Notes under the pieces: generated by a model
Told to the model about the DNA's origin: nothing
What the model saw: the letters and a program-made list of their open reading frames with translations, nothing else
Database searches by the model: none
Translations under genes and position numbers: made by a program
NCBI GenBank assembly: GCA_015478575.1
Contig: JADMIN010000001.1
Coordinates: 1 to 63,167 of the forward strand
DNA from: Ktedonobacterales bacterium
GTDB taxonomy: Bacteria; Chloroflexota; Ktedonobacteria; Ktedonobacterales; JADMIN01
Direction: 5' to 3'
DNA: 63,167 nucleotides
Shown: positions 8,235 through 16,879 of the stretch, in pieces
Layout of the letters: each line of letters opens with the position of its first letter
Numbering within the stretch: the first letter of the stretch is position 1

Positions 8235-8452
8235 TTGTGCGTCTACGTAGGTTGTGGATGCGCCGTTAGCTGGCGGCGGGGCCGTAGACGTGTGTTCTCG
8301 GTGTACTTTGGGGATGACAGCAGAAGAGTAGCCCGCCACACACGACGAAACGCCCCGGACGAGCCGCTGATGCGACCATGCCGGGGCGTTGCTGTGTCCT
8401 ATGGATGCGTGTCTTATAGGCCGCTGTATACGACGACGTGGCGCAGTGATGG

Positions 8453-8785
8453 CTACTTCGCGGCGGGCGCGTCCACTGGCGCTGGCGTGGGCGCAACGGC
8501 CGCTGACGGGCCGCTCACGATGCTGAACACGACGTGCGAGCCAACGGACTGGCCCGCCGCGACGAGCAGGTAGGAGAGCCAGTTGGCGGGGGTGAAGGTG
8601 CCAGCGGTGGCGGCCATCGCGCACACGACGGCGACGTTGAGCAGCACGTTGATGAGCCGCAACGTCGGGTCATGCAGTTTGCTCGTGGGCGCGAAAGCGG
8701 GCACGGATTCCATGAACGGCTTGACCAGTTGCAAAGCCATCGTGACGAGCGTTGTCGCCGTCACACTGTCTGAGATGCTTGGCAT
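8453..8785 (-). CDS. holin-like membrane protein
   Basis: 110 aa with 2-3 hydrophobic helices. GGAGAA lies before the ATG. Sits downstream of the endolysin. Confidence 0.55.
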   Translation of the reverse strand: MPSISDSVTATTLVTMALQLVKPFMESVPAFAPTSKLHDPTLRLINVLLNVAVVCAMAATAGTFTPANWLSYLLVAAGQSVGSHVVFSIVSGPSAAVAPTPAPVDAPAAK

Positions 8786-8836
8786 AGCGGGTGGGTTCTC
8801 CTCTGTGGTGCGGGTGGCGTGGAGTGCGCTGATGCG

Positions 8837-8944
8837 TCACCGATGCTGCTGATAGTGGGCGGCGTAGGCACGCCAGAAGGATGACGTGGCGGCCATCTCG
8901 ACGCCGCGCCAGTGCCGCCAGAGCCAGCGCAGCGGCATCATCAT
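8837..8944 (-). CDS. very small ORF (35 aa) between endolysin and holin
   Basis: Below the ORF-track cutoff. ATGATGATG overlaps the endolysin TGA. Translation: MMMPLRWLWRHWRGVEMAATSSFWRAYAAHYQQHR. Confidence 0.25.
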   Translation of the reverse strand: MMMPLRWLWRHWRGVEMAATSSFWRAYAAHYQQHR

Positions 8945-10209
8945 CCCGCCACTTTCAGCGCGGCGGCGAGCGCCGCAATCGCGGTCGTGGCGGCGTTGGT
9001 ATTCTGCTGTTGCTGGAGTTGGGCTTGCAGCGCGGCGATCTGCTGCGTGAGCGACGCCACCTGAGCCGTGAGGTCGCCCACCCGCGTCTGTGCGGCGGCG
9101 AGCGCGGCGGCGTCGCCTTGCAGCGTCAGGTTCTTGCGGGTCAGGTCGCTAATCGTCGCATCCTGGCTCGCGCTTCTGGCGATCCACGCCGCCAACTCCT
9201 GCCCGGTCCACATCTCATACACGTCGCGTGTGAGCGTGTAGCCGAGCGCCCGGTCGCGGAAGATTTGCCGGTCGCCCGCGCCAATTGTCGGATTGCCCAG
9301 CTCGATAGACGGCAGCCCGACCGACGCGTCCACCGGCCAGTTCCACGCCGGCCAGCCGCCGGGGTAGCCGAGCACGTGCAGACGGAAGCCGAGCGCGACG
9401 GTGAGGCCATTGGGTGCGGTGAGGGTTGTGCCGTCGTCTTTCCAGCCGGTTGGAACCATCGTTGCGCCTCCTGACGGTGGGGGTGGTGGGGGTGTGCTGC
9501 CACCGGGATTGACCACGGCGGCGATCTGTTGGACAACGTTGTGATTGCCCGTGGCGAGGCCGTACTCCCAGAGCCAGACGCCATCGTGGCCGCGACTCAT
9601 CGCCGTGCGGGCCGCCTGAACCGGATCATTCGGCCCCGGCCATGCCTCTGGCAAGTTGAGCGCAGGCTGCATCGCCAGGCCGGACGGGTACTGCCCCTCA
9701 TCATTGACGAGCACGGTATCGTATTCCTGTGGCACCCAGACATTGACGCGGCCGCGTAGCGCCGCAATCACGCCGGACCAGCCTTGTGTCGCCGGGTTGC
9801 CCCAGGTCGTGAGGTAGAGGATGCCCTTGACCGGCGCGAGGGCCGCATTCCACGTCTGTGCCCAGCCCACCTGTCCGTTCCACTCCACCTCCATATCCAC
9901 CATCGCCGCGCCGTCCGGGCGGAGCTGCATCAACTGTTTGCAGACGGCAATCTCCTGGCCGAGCGCCCCGAACTTGTTGCCGTAGCTGTACTGATACGGC
10001 AGCATATCAAGCCCGCCAGCGAGACAGGCGTTGCGTACCGCGGCCAGCCCACCCTGGCTGGCGTACCAGACCACTGAGCCGTCGGCGCACTTGACGGCCA
10101 TCTCCGTACAGCCGAGGCTCTTGCTGAGCCGTGCCGCCGCCGTGAACTGCGCGAGCGACCAATTCACCGTCTCCGCGCCCAGGAACATCCCTACGGTTTT
10201 CTGTGCCAT
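8941..10209 (-). CDS. putative endolysin: glycoside-hydrolase-like N-terminal domain, Pro linker, middle domain, C-terminal coiled coil
   Basis: 422 aa. GAGGAGA lies upstream. The N-terminal domain resembles the GH25/DUF1906-type TIM barrel (tentative). Contains PPPPPPP, then LTAQVASLTQQIAALQAQLQQQQ. Confidence 0.6.
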   Translation of the reverse strand: MAQKTVGMFLGAETVNWSLAQFTAAARLSKSLGCTEMAVKCADGSVVWYASQGGLAAVRNACLAGGLDMLPYQYSYGNKFGALGQEIAVCKQLMQLRPDGAAMVDMEVEWNGQVGWAQTWNAALAPVKGILYLTTWGNPATQGWSGVIAALRGRVNVWVPQEYDTVLVNDEGQYPSGLAMQPALNLPEAWPGPNDPVQAARTAMSRGHDGVWLWEYGLATGNHNVVQQIAAVVNPGGSTPPPPPPSGGATMVPTGWKDDGTTLTAPNGLTVALGFRLHVLGYPGGWPAWNWPVDASVGLPSIELGNPTIGAGDRQIFRDRALGYTLTRDVYEMWTGQELAAWIARSASQDATISDLTRKNLTLQGDAAALAAAQTRVGDLTAQVASLTQQIAALQAQLQQQQNTNAATTAIAALAAALKVAG

Positions 10210-10342
10210 CTGCTACCGTGTCTCCTCTCACGCCATGCGCCGCTCGCCACACACACATACGCGCGCGCAGCGACCGGCTGGAACACCGTCCACGAGTTTC
10301 GCCGTACCGGGCATATTCACCCGAAACTGGCCGCAAAAGGTA

Positions 10343-10372
10343 TTGACAAGTCTATACGCTATCCGTTATAAT
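10343..10372 (+). promoter_or_regulatory. strong sigma-70 consensus promoter
   Basis: TTGACA (10343-10348), 18-nt spacer, TATAAT (10367-10372). Confidence 0.7.
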
Positions 10373-10421
10373 AGAAGTGAAGATACATGATAATGATGTA
10401 ACGACAAAGGGGTGAGACGAG

Positions 10422-10688
10422 ATGGCACAGGTCAAGACACTCATGCAGCGAGCGACGCCGTTGATGCTGGCGCAGGCGCAGTGGTTGGTGCTGGCGCTCG
10501 ACGCGGACCCGAAGCGCACGGTGGAGGCGGTCACGCCATCCGGCGCGGTGATCGCCACGATTGCGGACCTGGGTGAGGACATGCAGGTGGCGGCGATGGG
10601 ATTGACGTTCTACGCCAATGGCGAGCACGCCGTCCTCTGCGCCCTTACCCGGTTCGGCTATCGCGAGTTCACGTTCCGGGTAGCGTAG
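10422..10688 (+). CDS. hypothetical protein
   Basis: 88 aa. AGGGGTGAG lies before the ATG. First gene after the consensus promoter. Confidence 0.55.
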   Translation: MAQVKTLMQRATPLMLAQAQWLVLALDADPKRTVEAVTPSGAVIATIADLGEDMQVAAMGLTFYANGEHAVLCALTRFGYREFTFRVA

Positions 10689-10770
10689 CGAGCACAGGAC
10701 GCGAGCGGGTGGCAGGGACGCCACGTTCGATGCCGTGAGACGGTGGCATAGCACAGAGGGAGAGACGGTT

Positions 10771-11109
10771 ATGGCAACACCATTCATGCTGACCTGGCAG
10801 CACGTGGAGAACGCGAAGCAACTCATGACTGCACTGGCGGTCGTGGAGGCGATGGGCAATCGTGACACGGCAGACCTGACGTTGCGTTATGCACGCACGA
10901 CCGCGCAGACGCTCACGGTTGAGGACAACCGCCCGACCAGCGCAGTGGAGTTGCTCGCGCTCAAGGCGCAGAGCGCGGCGCATGGTGATCGGGCCGACCG
11001 GGCGCTTGTGATGACCTTCCTGGCCGCACTCGCTATGGAGTTGGGGCTGGAGCCGGACGAGACAGCACGGCAGGAAGCGGCGGCGCTCATCACGCGTGCG
11101 CGGCGCTAG
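10771..11109 (+). CDS. hypothetical protein
   Basis: Internal ATG of ORF 10735..11109, after GGGAGAG. Confidence 0.55.
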   Translation: MATPFMLTWQHVENAKQLMTALAVVEAMGNRDTADLTLRYARTTAQTLTVEDNRPTSAVELLALKAQSAAHGDRADRALVMTFLAALAMELGLEPDETARQEAAALITRARR

Positions 11110-11240
11110 GCCGGCTGGCTGGACTTTTAGTGCGTCCCGGTAGCGCGTCCCACAGAGTACACTCCCGCGCCGTCTGGAACACGGCGCGGGAGCGCGTCAC
11201 ACGACCGACCCTTGGGTTAGAAAGGACTGGTAACGCGGTC

Positions 11241-11945
11241 ATGGACACGTTCGATTCTAGCACAGCACGCGAGACACTGGACGGCGTGGCACAGGTTGCC
11301 CGCGCCTCCGCGCATGACTTCGGCAACGGCGTGCTCGCCAGCTTCGCGGCGCTGCTCATCCTGGCAACGCTCAGTAGCGTGGGCGTCCTGACGTTCATCT
11401 CCACGCGCACACCGTCCGTGCCAGTGCCAGTGGCGGCGCACGCGGCAGCGCCTCCACAGGCGATTACGAGCGGCCACACGCCGGTCGCGCACGGTGAGGC
11501 GGCGTTCGTCGCGGCGGCGCTGCCCTACGCGCGCCAGGTCGCGCCGCGCATCCACTGGCCCGTCTCGCTGATCCTCGCGCAATGGCTCGTGGAGACGGGT
11601 CAGCAACTGCCCACCGCGTTCGGCTACAATCTCGGTAACGTGCGCGGCTATCCCGGCTGTCCGCTGGTCCACACGGCCAGCAACGGCGACTTCTGCTATG
11701 CCGCTACCGTCGAGGAAGGCATCAGGGAGTACGTCGGCACGGTAGGGAATGGCTACTATGCCCGTGTCTCACCGGCAGCGGCGGCAGGCTACGCGCATGG
11801 CGGCATCATCGGTGGAGCGCGTGCGGCGGCGTATGCGCTGGGCGCGTCTCCGTGGGACGCGGGCCACTATGATCGTGGCGGTGGGCCGGGGAGCCTACTC
11901 ATAGCGACGCTCGACCGGTACGACCTGTACCAGTATGACCGGTGA
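11241..11945 (+). CDS. membrane-anchored glucosaminidase-domain (FlgJ/LytD-like) peptidoglycan hydrolase
   Basis: Internal ATG of ORF 11130..11945. N-terminal TM helix (VLASFAALLILATLSSVGVLTFI). LILAQWLVETGQQ..YNLGNVRG..ATVEEGIREY fits the glucosaminidase domain. Confidence 0.7.
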   Translation: MDTFDSSTARETLDGVAQVARASAHDFGNGVLASFAALLILATLSSVGVLTFISTRTPSVPVPVAAHAAAPPQAITSGHTPVAHGEAAFVAAALPYARQVAPRIHWPVSLILAQWLVETGQQLPTAFGYNLGNVRGYPGCPLVHTASNGDFCYAATVEEGIREYVGTVGNGYYARVSPAAAAGYAHGGIIGGARAAAYALGASPWDAGHYDRGGGPGSLLIATLDRYDLYQYDR

Positions 11946-11963
11946 TAGAGGCCATCAATGACG

Positions 11964-11993
11964 AGCGGGCGGGGGAATGTTCCCCCGCCCGCT
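11964..11993. terminator. bidirectional stem-loop terminator
   Basis: 13-bp perfect stem AGCGGGCGGGGGA / TCCCCCGCCCGCT with an ATGT loop, between convergent genes. Confidence 0.7.
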
Positions 11994-12021
11994 TCGCTAT
12001 GTTGTCGTGTGCGCCGCACCA

Positions 12022-12813
12022 CTACACGTAGATGAAGCTGACGCCGCCGCCCGTGAACACGTAGCGATAGTCCACGCGCCCGAAGCCGCCGCCGATGGCG
12101 CTCCACGCGAAGTCGCTTTCCGAGATGAGCAGCCAGCCGTTGGCGTAGACCGCCTCCACGATGGCGACGTGGCCGAGCGCGCCCGCGCCCTGCGCATACG
12201 GCGCGAAGACGACGACCGCGCCGACCCGCGCCGTGTAGCCCGTCGCCAGACCACGTGCGCGAGCGGCAGCCGTCCAGTCGAGCGCGTTGCCCAGGCCCGC
12301 GAGCCGTGCGCCGTAGCGGTAGAGCGGCCAGCTCGTACACCAGCCCCACGTCCCGGCATTGGCGGCGCTGCGTGGCTCCGCGAAGGACGCGATCCCCGGC
12401 ACGACCCACGACCCGATGCCGCGCCCGGCTGGCGGCGCACTGACTGGCCCGCTGTAGCTGCCGCTCGCCTTCGCCGGTGCTACCGGATGCGCCGCCGGAT
12501 GCGCCGTAGCGGCGCGTGGAGGTAGCGCGACGTGGCGGGTGAGCGGGCGCATCCGGCGCTGCGCTATCCGTGGCAGGATGTGCGCCGCCGCGATGTGCGG
12601 GACGGACGCGTGGCGCGTCGTGGTGGGCGCGTTGTGCGCGTGGGCGCTGGCGCTGGGGGCCGCGCTCAGTGGGGCGAACGCCGCGCCGGCCAGCGCCACG
12701 AGTGAGCCGACGAGCGCCGCCCGCCGCAGGGTGGAACGCGCACGGGCGGTCAAACTCAGGCTCAAGCTCAGGCTTGGACTGAGCGCGAGTGTTGGCGAGG
12801 ATATGGTAAGCAT
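12022..12813 (-). CDS. secreted CHAP-domain amidase/peptidase
   Basis: The C-terminus (GWCTSWPLYRY..GALGHVAIVEAVYANGWLLISE) is CHAP-like. The N-terminus is signal-like (RRAALVGSLVALAGAAFAPLSA). Start at ATG 12813 or GTG 12819; the ORF-track start 13005 was rejected. Confidence 0.7.
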   Translation of the reverse strand: MLTISSPTLALSPSLSLSLSLTARARSTLRRAALVGSLVALAGAAFAPLSAAPSASAHAHNAPTTTRHASVPHIAAAHILPRIAQRRMRPLTRHVALPPRAATAHPAAHPVAPAKASGSYSGPVSAPPAGRGIGSWVVPGIASFAEPRSAANAGTWGWCTSWPLYRYGARLAGLGNALDWTAAARARGLATGYTARVGAVVVFAPYAQGAGALGHVAIVEAVYANGWLLISESDFAWSAIGGGFGRVDYRYVFTGGGVSFIYV

Positions 12814-12970
12814 CAGCACGAACGGGGTCTCCTCTACTACGTGCCGCACCGGCAGCGCACTGGTGCACTGGTGCATCGTCTGCGTATCTCCGTGCGGCGC
12901 GTGTCCTGTCCTGCGCTGATGTCCTCGCCTCTCCTTTCCGCTGGCCCGCACGGCGCTCCAAAGGTGGATC

Positions 12971-13034
12971 ATCGTTACAACGATGTCACGTAACAACGTC
13001 ACCACTATAACAGCACGGCGGGGCAGGCGGTCAA
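12971..13034 (-). promoter_or_regulatory. candidate promoter plus palindromic operator upstream of the CHAP gene
   Basis: Minus strand: TTGACC (complement of 13029-13034), 19-nt spacer, TATAGT (complement of 13004-13009). Palindrome ATCGTTACAACGAT at 12971-12984. Confidence 0.4.
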
Positions 13035-13069
13035 ACCTCCTGGGGTAATAGTCCTATCGGTATCTGGCA

Positions 13070-13606
13070 TCAGGCGGCTATCGCGCCAGCAGTGGTTGCG
13101 ATAGCCGCCACGCTGTGCAGGCAGGGGCCGAGCGCATGGGCCAGATCATTTGGAGAGACGAGCTGCGGCGCGGTGTAGAAGGCATCGGGTAGCCACTGCG
13201 CACCGGCCACGATCAGCGCGAGCGTACACAGGTGGCTGCAATCATAGCGCGACGGCTGTACCAGGAACGGCGTGCGGGTGCCCGGCAGGATCGCCTTCAC
13301 GGCGTCGGCGGCAAGGTCGAGGAAGCCGTAGCCGCTGCCCACGCGCCGCGAGAGGAAGCCGAGCGCATAGGCCAGCCGCGCCGGCTCCAGCGTCGCGCCC
13401 GTGGCAAGGATGGCCGCGTAGTCCGTGCGCAGCGGCACACGCCGCACGCCGTGGCCCGCCGCTTCCACCATCTCCTGCGGGCCGGTGACAATCGCGCTGT
13501 GCGTGTATGGGCCGTTGGTGACGCGCTGAATAATGCGGTCGTCCCAATTACTTCCAGAAAAGAGAAGGATATCGCCGGGGACGGGCGCGATAGGAGGTGT
13601 CGTCAT
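13070..13606 (-). CDS. permuted papain-like amidase (YaeF/YiiX C92, NlpC/P60 superfamily-like)
   Basis: GDILLFSG..YTHSAIV..YDCSHLC pattern. ATG overlaps the upstream stop (ATGA). Confidence 0.6.
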   Translation of the reverse strand: MTTPPIAPVPGDILLFSGSNWDDRIIQRVTNGPYTHSAIVTGPQEMVEAAGHGVRRVPLRTDYAAILATGATLEPARLAYALGFLSRRVGSGYGFLDLAADAVKAILPGTRTPFLVQPSRYDCSHLCTLALIVAGAQWLPDAFYTAPQLVSPNDLAHALGPCLHSVAAIATTAGAIAA

Positions 13607-14148
13607 AACGGCATGCTCCGCTTCGTGTAGCGGCCAGTCGTGGGGTCGCGCCGTGGCTGTCCGGTGCCCGCGCCTGCGCCTGCGCCGGTGGTCATGAGGC
13701 GTTGCAGCATCGCGGTCTGCTTCAGCAGTTCCGCGTCCTGTGCGTCGAGGTGGCGCATCATTTGCTCGATGTCGTGGAAGCTGTGCTGGCTCGTGGCAAA
13801 CATCTCGTCGGCTTGCAGCTCCTGATGCCGCGACAGCACGTTCTGCCCGACCGAGAGAATCGGCAGCAGCACCAGTTGCAGGAAGTAGGAGGAGATCGAG
13901 CCAAAGAGCGCCGCCAGGAAGGCGTTGCCCGTGAACACGCCGATCAGCGAGCCAATGCCGATAGCCGCGAACAGGTACGCCGTCTGCATTGTCCCAACGT
14001 TTCTGGTCAGCAGCACGGCGACGCGAGTGTTGAAACTGGCGCTCTGTGCGTGCTCGGCCTGCTGGATGGTGTTGATGTTGCGCGGCGTATGCGCGTGCGG
14101 CGCGTGGGTGTAGAGGGGCTTGCTGCTGTGGCTGCTGTTCATGCTCAT
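13603..14148 (-). CDS. two-TM membrane protein with a C-terminal coiled coil (DUF1003-like topology, tentative)
   Basis: 181 aa. ATGA coupling at both ends. LLPILSVGQNVLSRHQELQADE follows the two helices. Confidence 0.55.
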   Translation of the reverse strand: MSMNSSHSSKPLYTHAPHAHTPRNINTIQQAEHAQSASFNTRVAVLLTRNVGTMQTAYLFAAIGIGSLIGVFTGNAFLAALFGSISSYFLQLVLLPILSVGQNVLSRHQELQADEMFATSQHSFHDIEQMMRHLDAQDAELLKQTAMLQRLMTTGAGAGAGTGQPRRDPTTGRYTKRSMPL

Positions 14149-14936
14149 GCGGCGCTTCCTGTGGGTGCGGTCTGCTTGGGGCGGCGTGGGCGTGGGCGTG
14201 GGGATGGGGATGGGGATGGGGAGGAAGCGCGGCCCCGCACGGGTTTGGCAGCGGCGGGAGGAGTAGCCGTCGCTGTCGCGGGTCCGGTGCTATCGGGCGC
14301 GGGCGCGGGCGCGGGCTCCATGCCCGCCGCCTGCATGATCTGGTCGTCCCGCGCTCTCACCTGCGTGGCATCGCGGGTGGTGGCGGCGATCAGATAGCCG
14401 TCCAGCAGATATTTCTGCACGGCGAATTGCGCGGGCAGCAGGTGATGAATGCCATGCTCCACGGAGCGGTGATGTGTTGAGCAGAGCACCTTGAGGTTCG
14501 CAGGGCTGTCCACGAACTGCATCAGCGTGACGCGGTTGTAGACGCTCGGAAAATCCCGATGCACTTTCAGGGGGTCACAGGCATTGGCGAAGCTGCGCTC
14601 TATCGGCCAGTGGTGTGTCTCCAGCGCCGTCGCCTTCCAGACGTTCACTTGCGGGTCGTGCAACGTGTCCACAGTGACGCCGCACACGTCGCACGGCGCT
14701 TTCTTTTCGTACACCAGAAAGTGGTGCGCGGCGGCATACTCTGGCGTCTCCTCACGGGGAGGATGTGGCGGCGTCTCGGAGATGACCGCCACATCCTCCC
14801 TTGTCTCGTGAACGTGCGCCAGCGTCGGGCTTGGCGCGGCGGTCGGCTTCCTCCTCGTCGTTGGTGCCGTCGTCGTTGGTGTCGTCGTTGGTGCCGTCGT
14901 TGGTGCCGTCGTCGTTGGTGCCGTCGTGCGTGGCAT
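14145..14936 (-). CDS. HNH-type nuclease domain protein with Thr/Pro-rich ends
   Basis: CDVCG..LETHHWPIE..NLKVLCSTHHRSVEHGIHH. ATG at 14936 lies 7 nt after AGGAGA; the ORF-track start is 14975. Confidence 0.6.
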   Translation of the reverse strand: MPRTTAPTTTAPTTAPTTTPTTTAPTTRRKPTAAPSPTLAHVHETREDVAVISETPPHPPREETPEYAAAHHFLVYEKKAPCDVCGVTVDTLHDPQVNVWKATALETHHWPIERSFANACDPLKVHRDFPSVYNRVTLMQFVDSPANLKVLCSTHHRSVEHGIHHLLPAQFAVQKYLLDGYLIAATTRDATQVRARDDQIMQAAGMEPAPAPAPDSTGPATATATPPAAAKPVRGRASSPSPSPSPRPRPRRPKQTAPTGSAA

Positions 14937-14947
14937 GCGCGCGTCTC

Positions 14948-15265
14948 CTATTGCCCCGGCAGCTTGACGAGCCACGGCACGGGGTCAGCCGGAAGCACGC
15001 CGCCGCCCGCAAACGTGGCTTTGGCGATCAGCACGTATTGCCCCGGCTCGGCACAGTCGGCCGTCGCCCACGCATACTGCGCCTGGCCCAGCGAGCCGTT
15101 GACGACGGTAAAGGTGCCCGCGCCCGCCAGGACCACGCCCGTTGTCACGTTGACGATCAGCAGCGAGAGCGTGGCCCCCGTCAGGTTGACCGGACTGCCG
15201 TTGTCGTACGTCCACGTCGGTGTCCACACGGGCAACGTCTGCCCGACTTGCCACGGTGAAATCAT
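14948..15265 (-). CDS. small Ig-like/BppU-like beta-sandwich virion protein
   Basis: 105 aa. AGGAG lies 6 nt before the ATG. All-beta composition. Sits directly after the fibre gene. Confidence 0.55.
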   Translation of the reverse strand: MISPWQVGQTLPVWTPTWTYDNGSPVNLTGATLSLLIVNVTTGVVLAGAGTFTVVNGSLGQAQYAWATADCAEPGQYVLIAKATFAGGGVLPADPVPWLVKLPGQ

Positions 15266-15274
15266 GGGGCGCTC

Positions 15275-16879
15275 CTAAGGCTCCTGGTGAACGGCGAGGT
15301 CGCGGCCGTTGCCATCGCGCACGCGCAGTCGCCCCGTGCCGTCGCGTGTATGCAGCGTCGCTGTCCCATCGCGCACGCGCAGGAGCGTGGAGATCGTCGG
15401 CGTCGTGATGCCAGCGATGAGGGTGGCGCTGAGCGTGTCCGTGTTCGTCTCCACATCGGCGGGTGAGACGACCCACGCCAGCGTGCCGTGCAGGGTATCG
15501 GTGGGCGTATTGCCATCACCGGGCGGTGCCCAGACGAGGGCGCAGAGCAGCGCCTCGGCGGGCGTCACGCCGTCGCCTATGGGGAGCCACGTGAGCGCCG
15601 CTGCCTGTGTGTCCGTGTTGACGGCGGTATCCGGCGTGGACGGCCAGGAATAGACGGCCCGCCCTGTGTCGCTGTTCGCCTCCACGTCAGCCAGCGGTGT
15701 CCACGTGAGCACGCTGCTCACCCAGGCGTCGCTCGTGCTCTGCGCGTCACCCGTTGCGTTCCAGACGAGGTTGCCGTTGAGCGTGGCCGTCCAGGCGTCG
15801 GCATGCTGCTGGCTGTCCGCCGCAGTGACCGTCCAGACCAGCGTATCGCTCGCGGAGCCGTCACTGTTTATCTGCGCATCGGCGGTAACGGCGGGCGTGA
15901 GCGTGTAGGCCGCGCTATCGCGTTGTTGCTGGCTATCGCTCGCACTCCATGAGAGCGCCCCCAGCACCGCCGTCCAGCCGTCCGTATTGGCCTGGCTGTC
16001 GGCTGGTGCCGGTGGTATCCAGACGAGGGTATCCGCACGGGTGTCGGCGTTGCTCTGGCGGTCCACAAACGACGGGGTGAGCGTGATTGTCGCCGCCGCG
16101 CCACCGTCCGTGCTGGCTTGCGTATCAGCGGGCAGCACCGGCACGTAGGCGACGGGGCCAAGCGCGTCGTGCGCTGTTTGCGTATCTGCGAAGGTCGAGG
16201 TCAGTGTCGCCGCCGCCGTGGGGTCGCTGTTGCTCTGGCGGTCGCTCCCGTTCCACGAGAGGCCGCCGCTCCCACTGGCCGCCGCGAACGATGCCTGCAC
16301 GCCGATGTTGTTGGCGCTCAGCGTGCTCGTCATCGTCGGCGAGTAGGTGCCCGTCGCGGTCAGGATCCGGTCCTCCCAGCCGGAGGTGGCGCCATTCTGC
16401 TGCTGGTCACGCAGCGTCATGCTCGCGCCAGCCGCGAGCGTCGCCGTGCCGTCCCAGACGCCGGCCATGATGAGCAGCTCGCTGGCCTGCGTCGTCGTGA
16501 TGCTGAGTGCGCTGGCGCTCGTGCCGTTGCCAAACGTGCCGTTGACCTGGTCCAGCACACTCGCCGTGGCGAGGCCGCTATACTCCGCCACGAAAACGGT
16601 GAACGTGAACGTGTTGCTGGCACGCTGGAAGGTGAACGTGGTCGCGCCGCCGGCGCTGTTGGCGGCATAGGCGATGGCGAGCGTCGTGCCGCTATTGGTG
16701 TTGCCGACGCTCTTCGCCAGGCTCCAGCCGGAGGGCAGGGTGAACGTCTCGGTGGCGGTGGCGTCGCTCTCCAGCACCGCCACGAGCAGGTTGCCCGCCG
16801 TCGTGGCCGCGGGCAGCGTGACCGTCAGCGAGGTCGCGGAGTTGCCGCCCTTGCCGCCCTGCACGAACGTGATGGCCAT
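15275..16879 (-). CDS. tail fibre / receptor-binding-like protein with about 14 degenerate 19-23 aa repeats
   Basis: 534 aa. N-terminal beta domain, then repeats of the form (A/G)D-x-Q-x-N/S-x-D ... L-x-W. Confidence 0.65.
   Translation of the reverse strand: MAITFVQGGKGGNSATSLTVTLPAATTAGNLLVAVLESDATATETFTLPSGWSLAKSVGNTNSGTTLAIAYAANSAGGATTFTFQRASNTFTFTVFVAEYSGLATASVLDQVNGTFGNGTSASALSITTTQASELLIMAGVWDGTATLAAGASMTLRDQQQNGATSGWEDRILTATGTYSPTMTSTLSANNIGVQASFAAASGSGGLSWNGSDRQSNSDPTAAATLTSTFADTQTAHDALGPVAYVPVLPADTQASTDGGAAATITLTPSFVDRQSNADTRADTLVWIPPAPADSQANTDGWTAVLGALSWSASDSQQQRDSAAYTLTPAVTADAQINSDGSASDTLVWTVTAADSQQHADAWTATLNGNLVWNATGDAQSTSDAWVSSVLTWTPLADVEANSDTGRAVYSWPSTPDTAVNTDTQAAALTWLPIGDGVTPAEALLCALVWAPPGDGNTPTDTLHGTLAWVVSPADVETNTDTLSATLIAGITTPTISTLLRVRDGTATLHTRDGTGRLRVRDGNGRDLAVHQEP

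Noticed and set aside
8235-8624. ORFs 8235..8573(+) and 8193..8624(-) in the gap after the holin gene.
   Set aside because: Both products are Arg/Cys/Gly-rich and lack SD sequences. The region is better explained as a structured untranslated tail with two hairpins.
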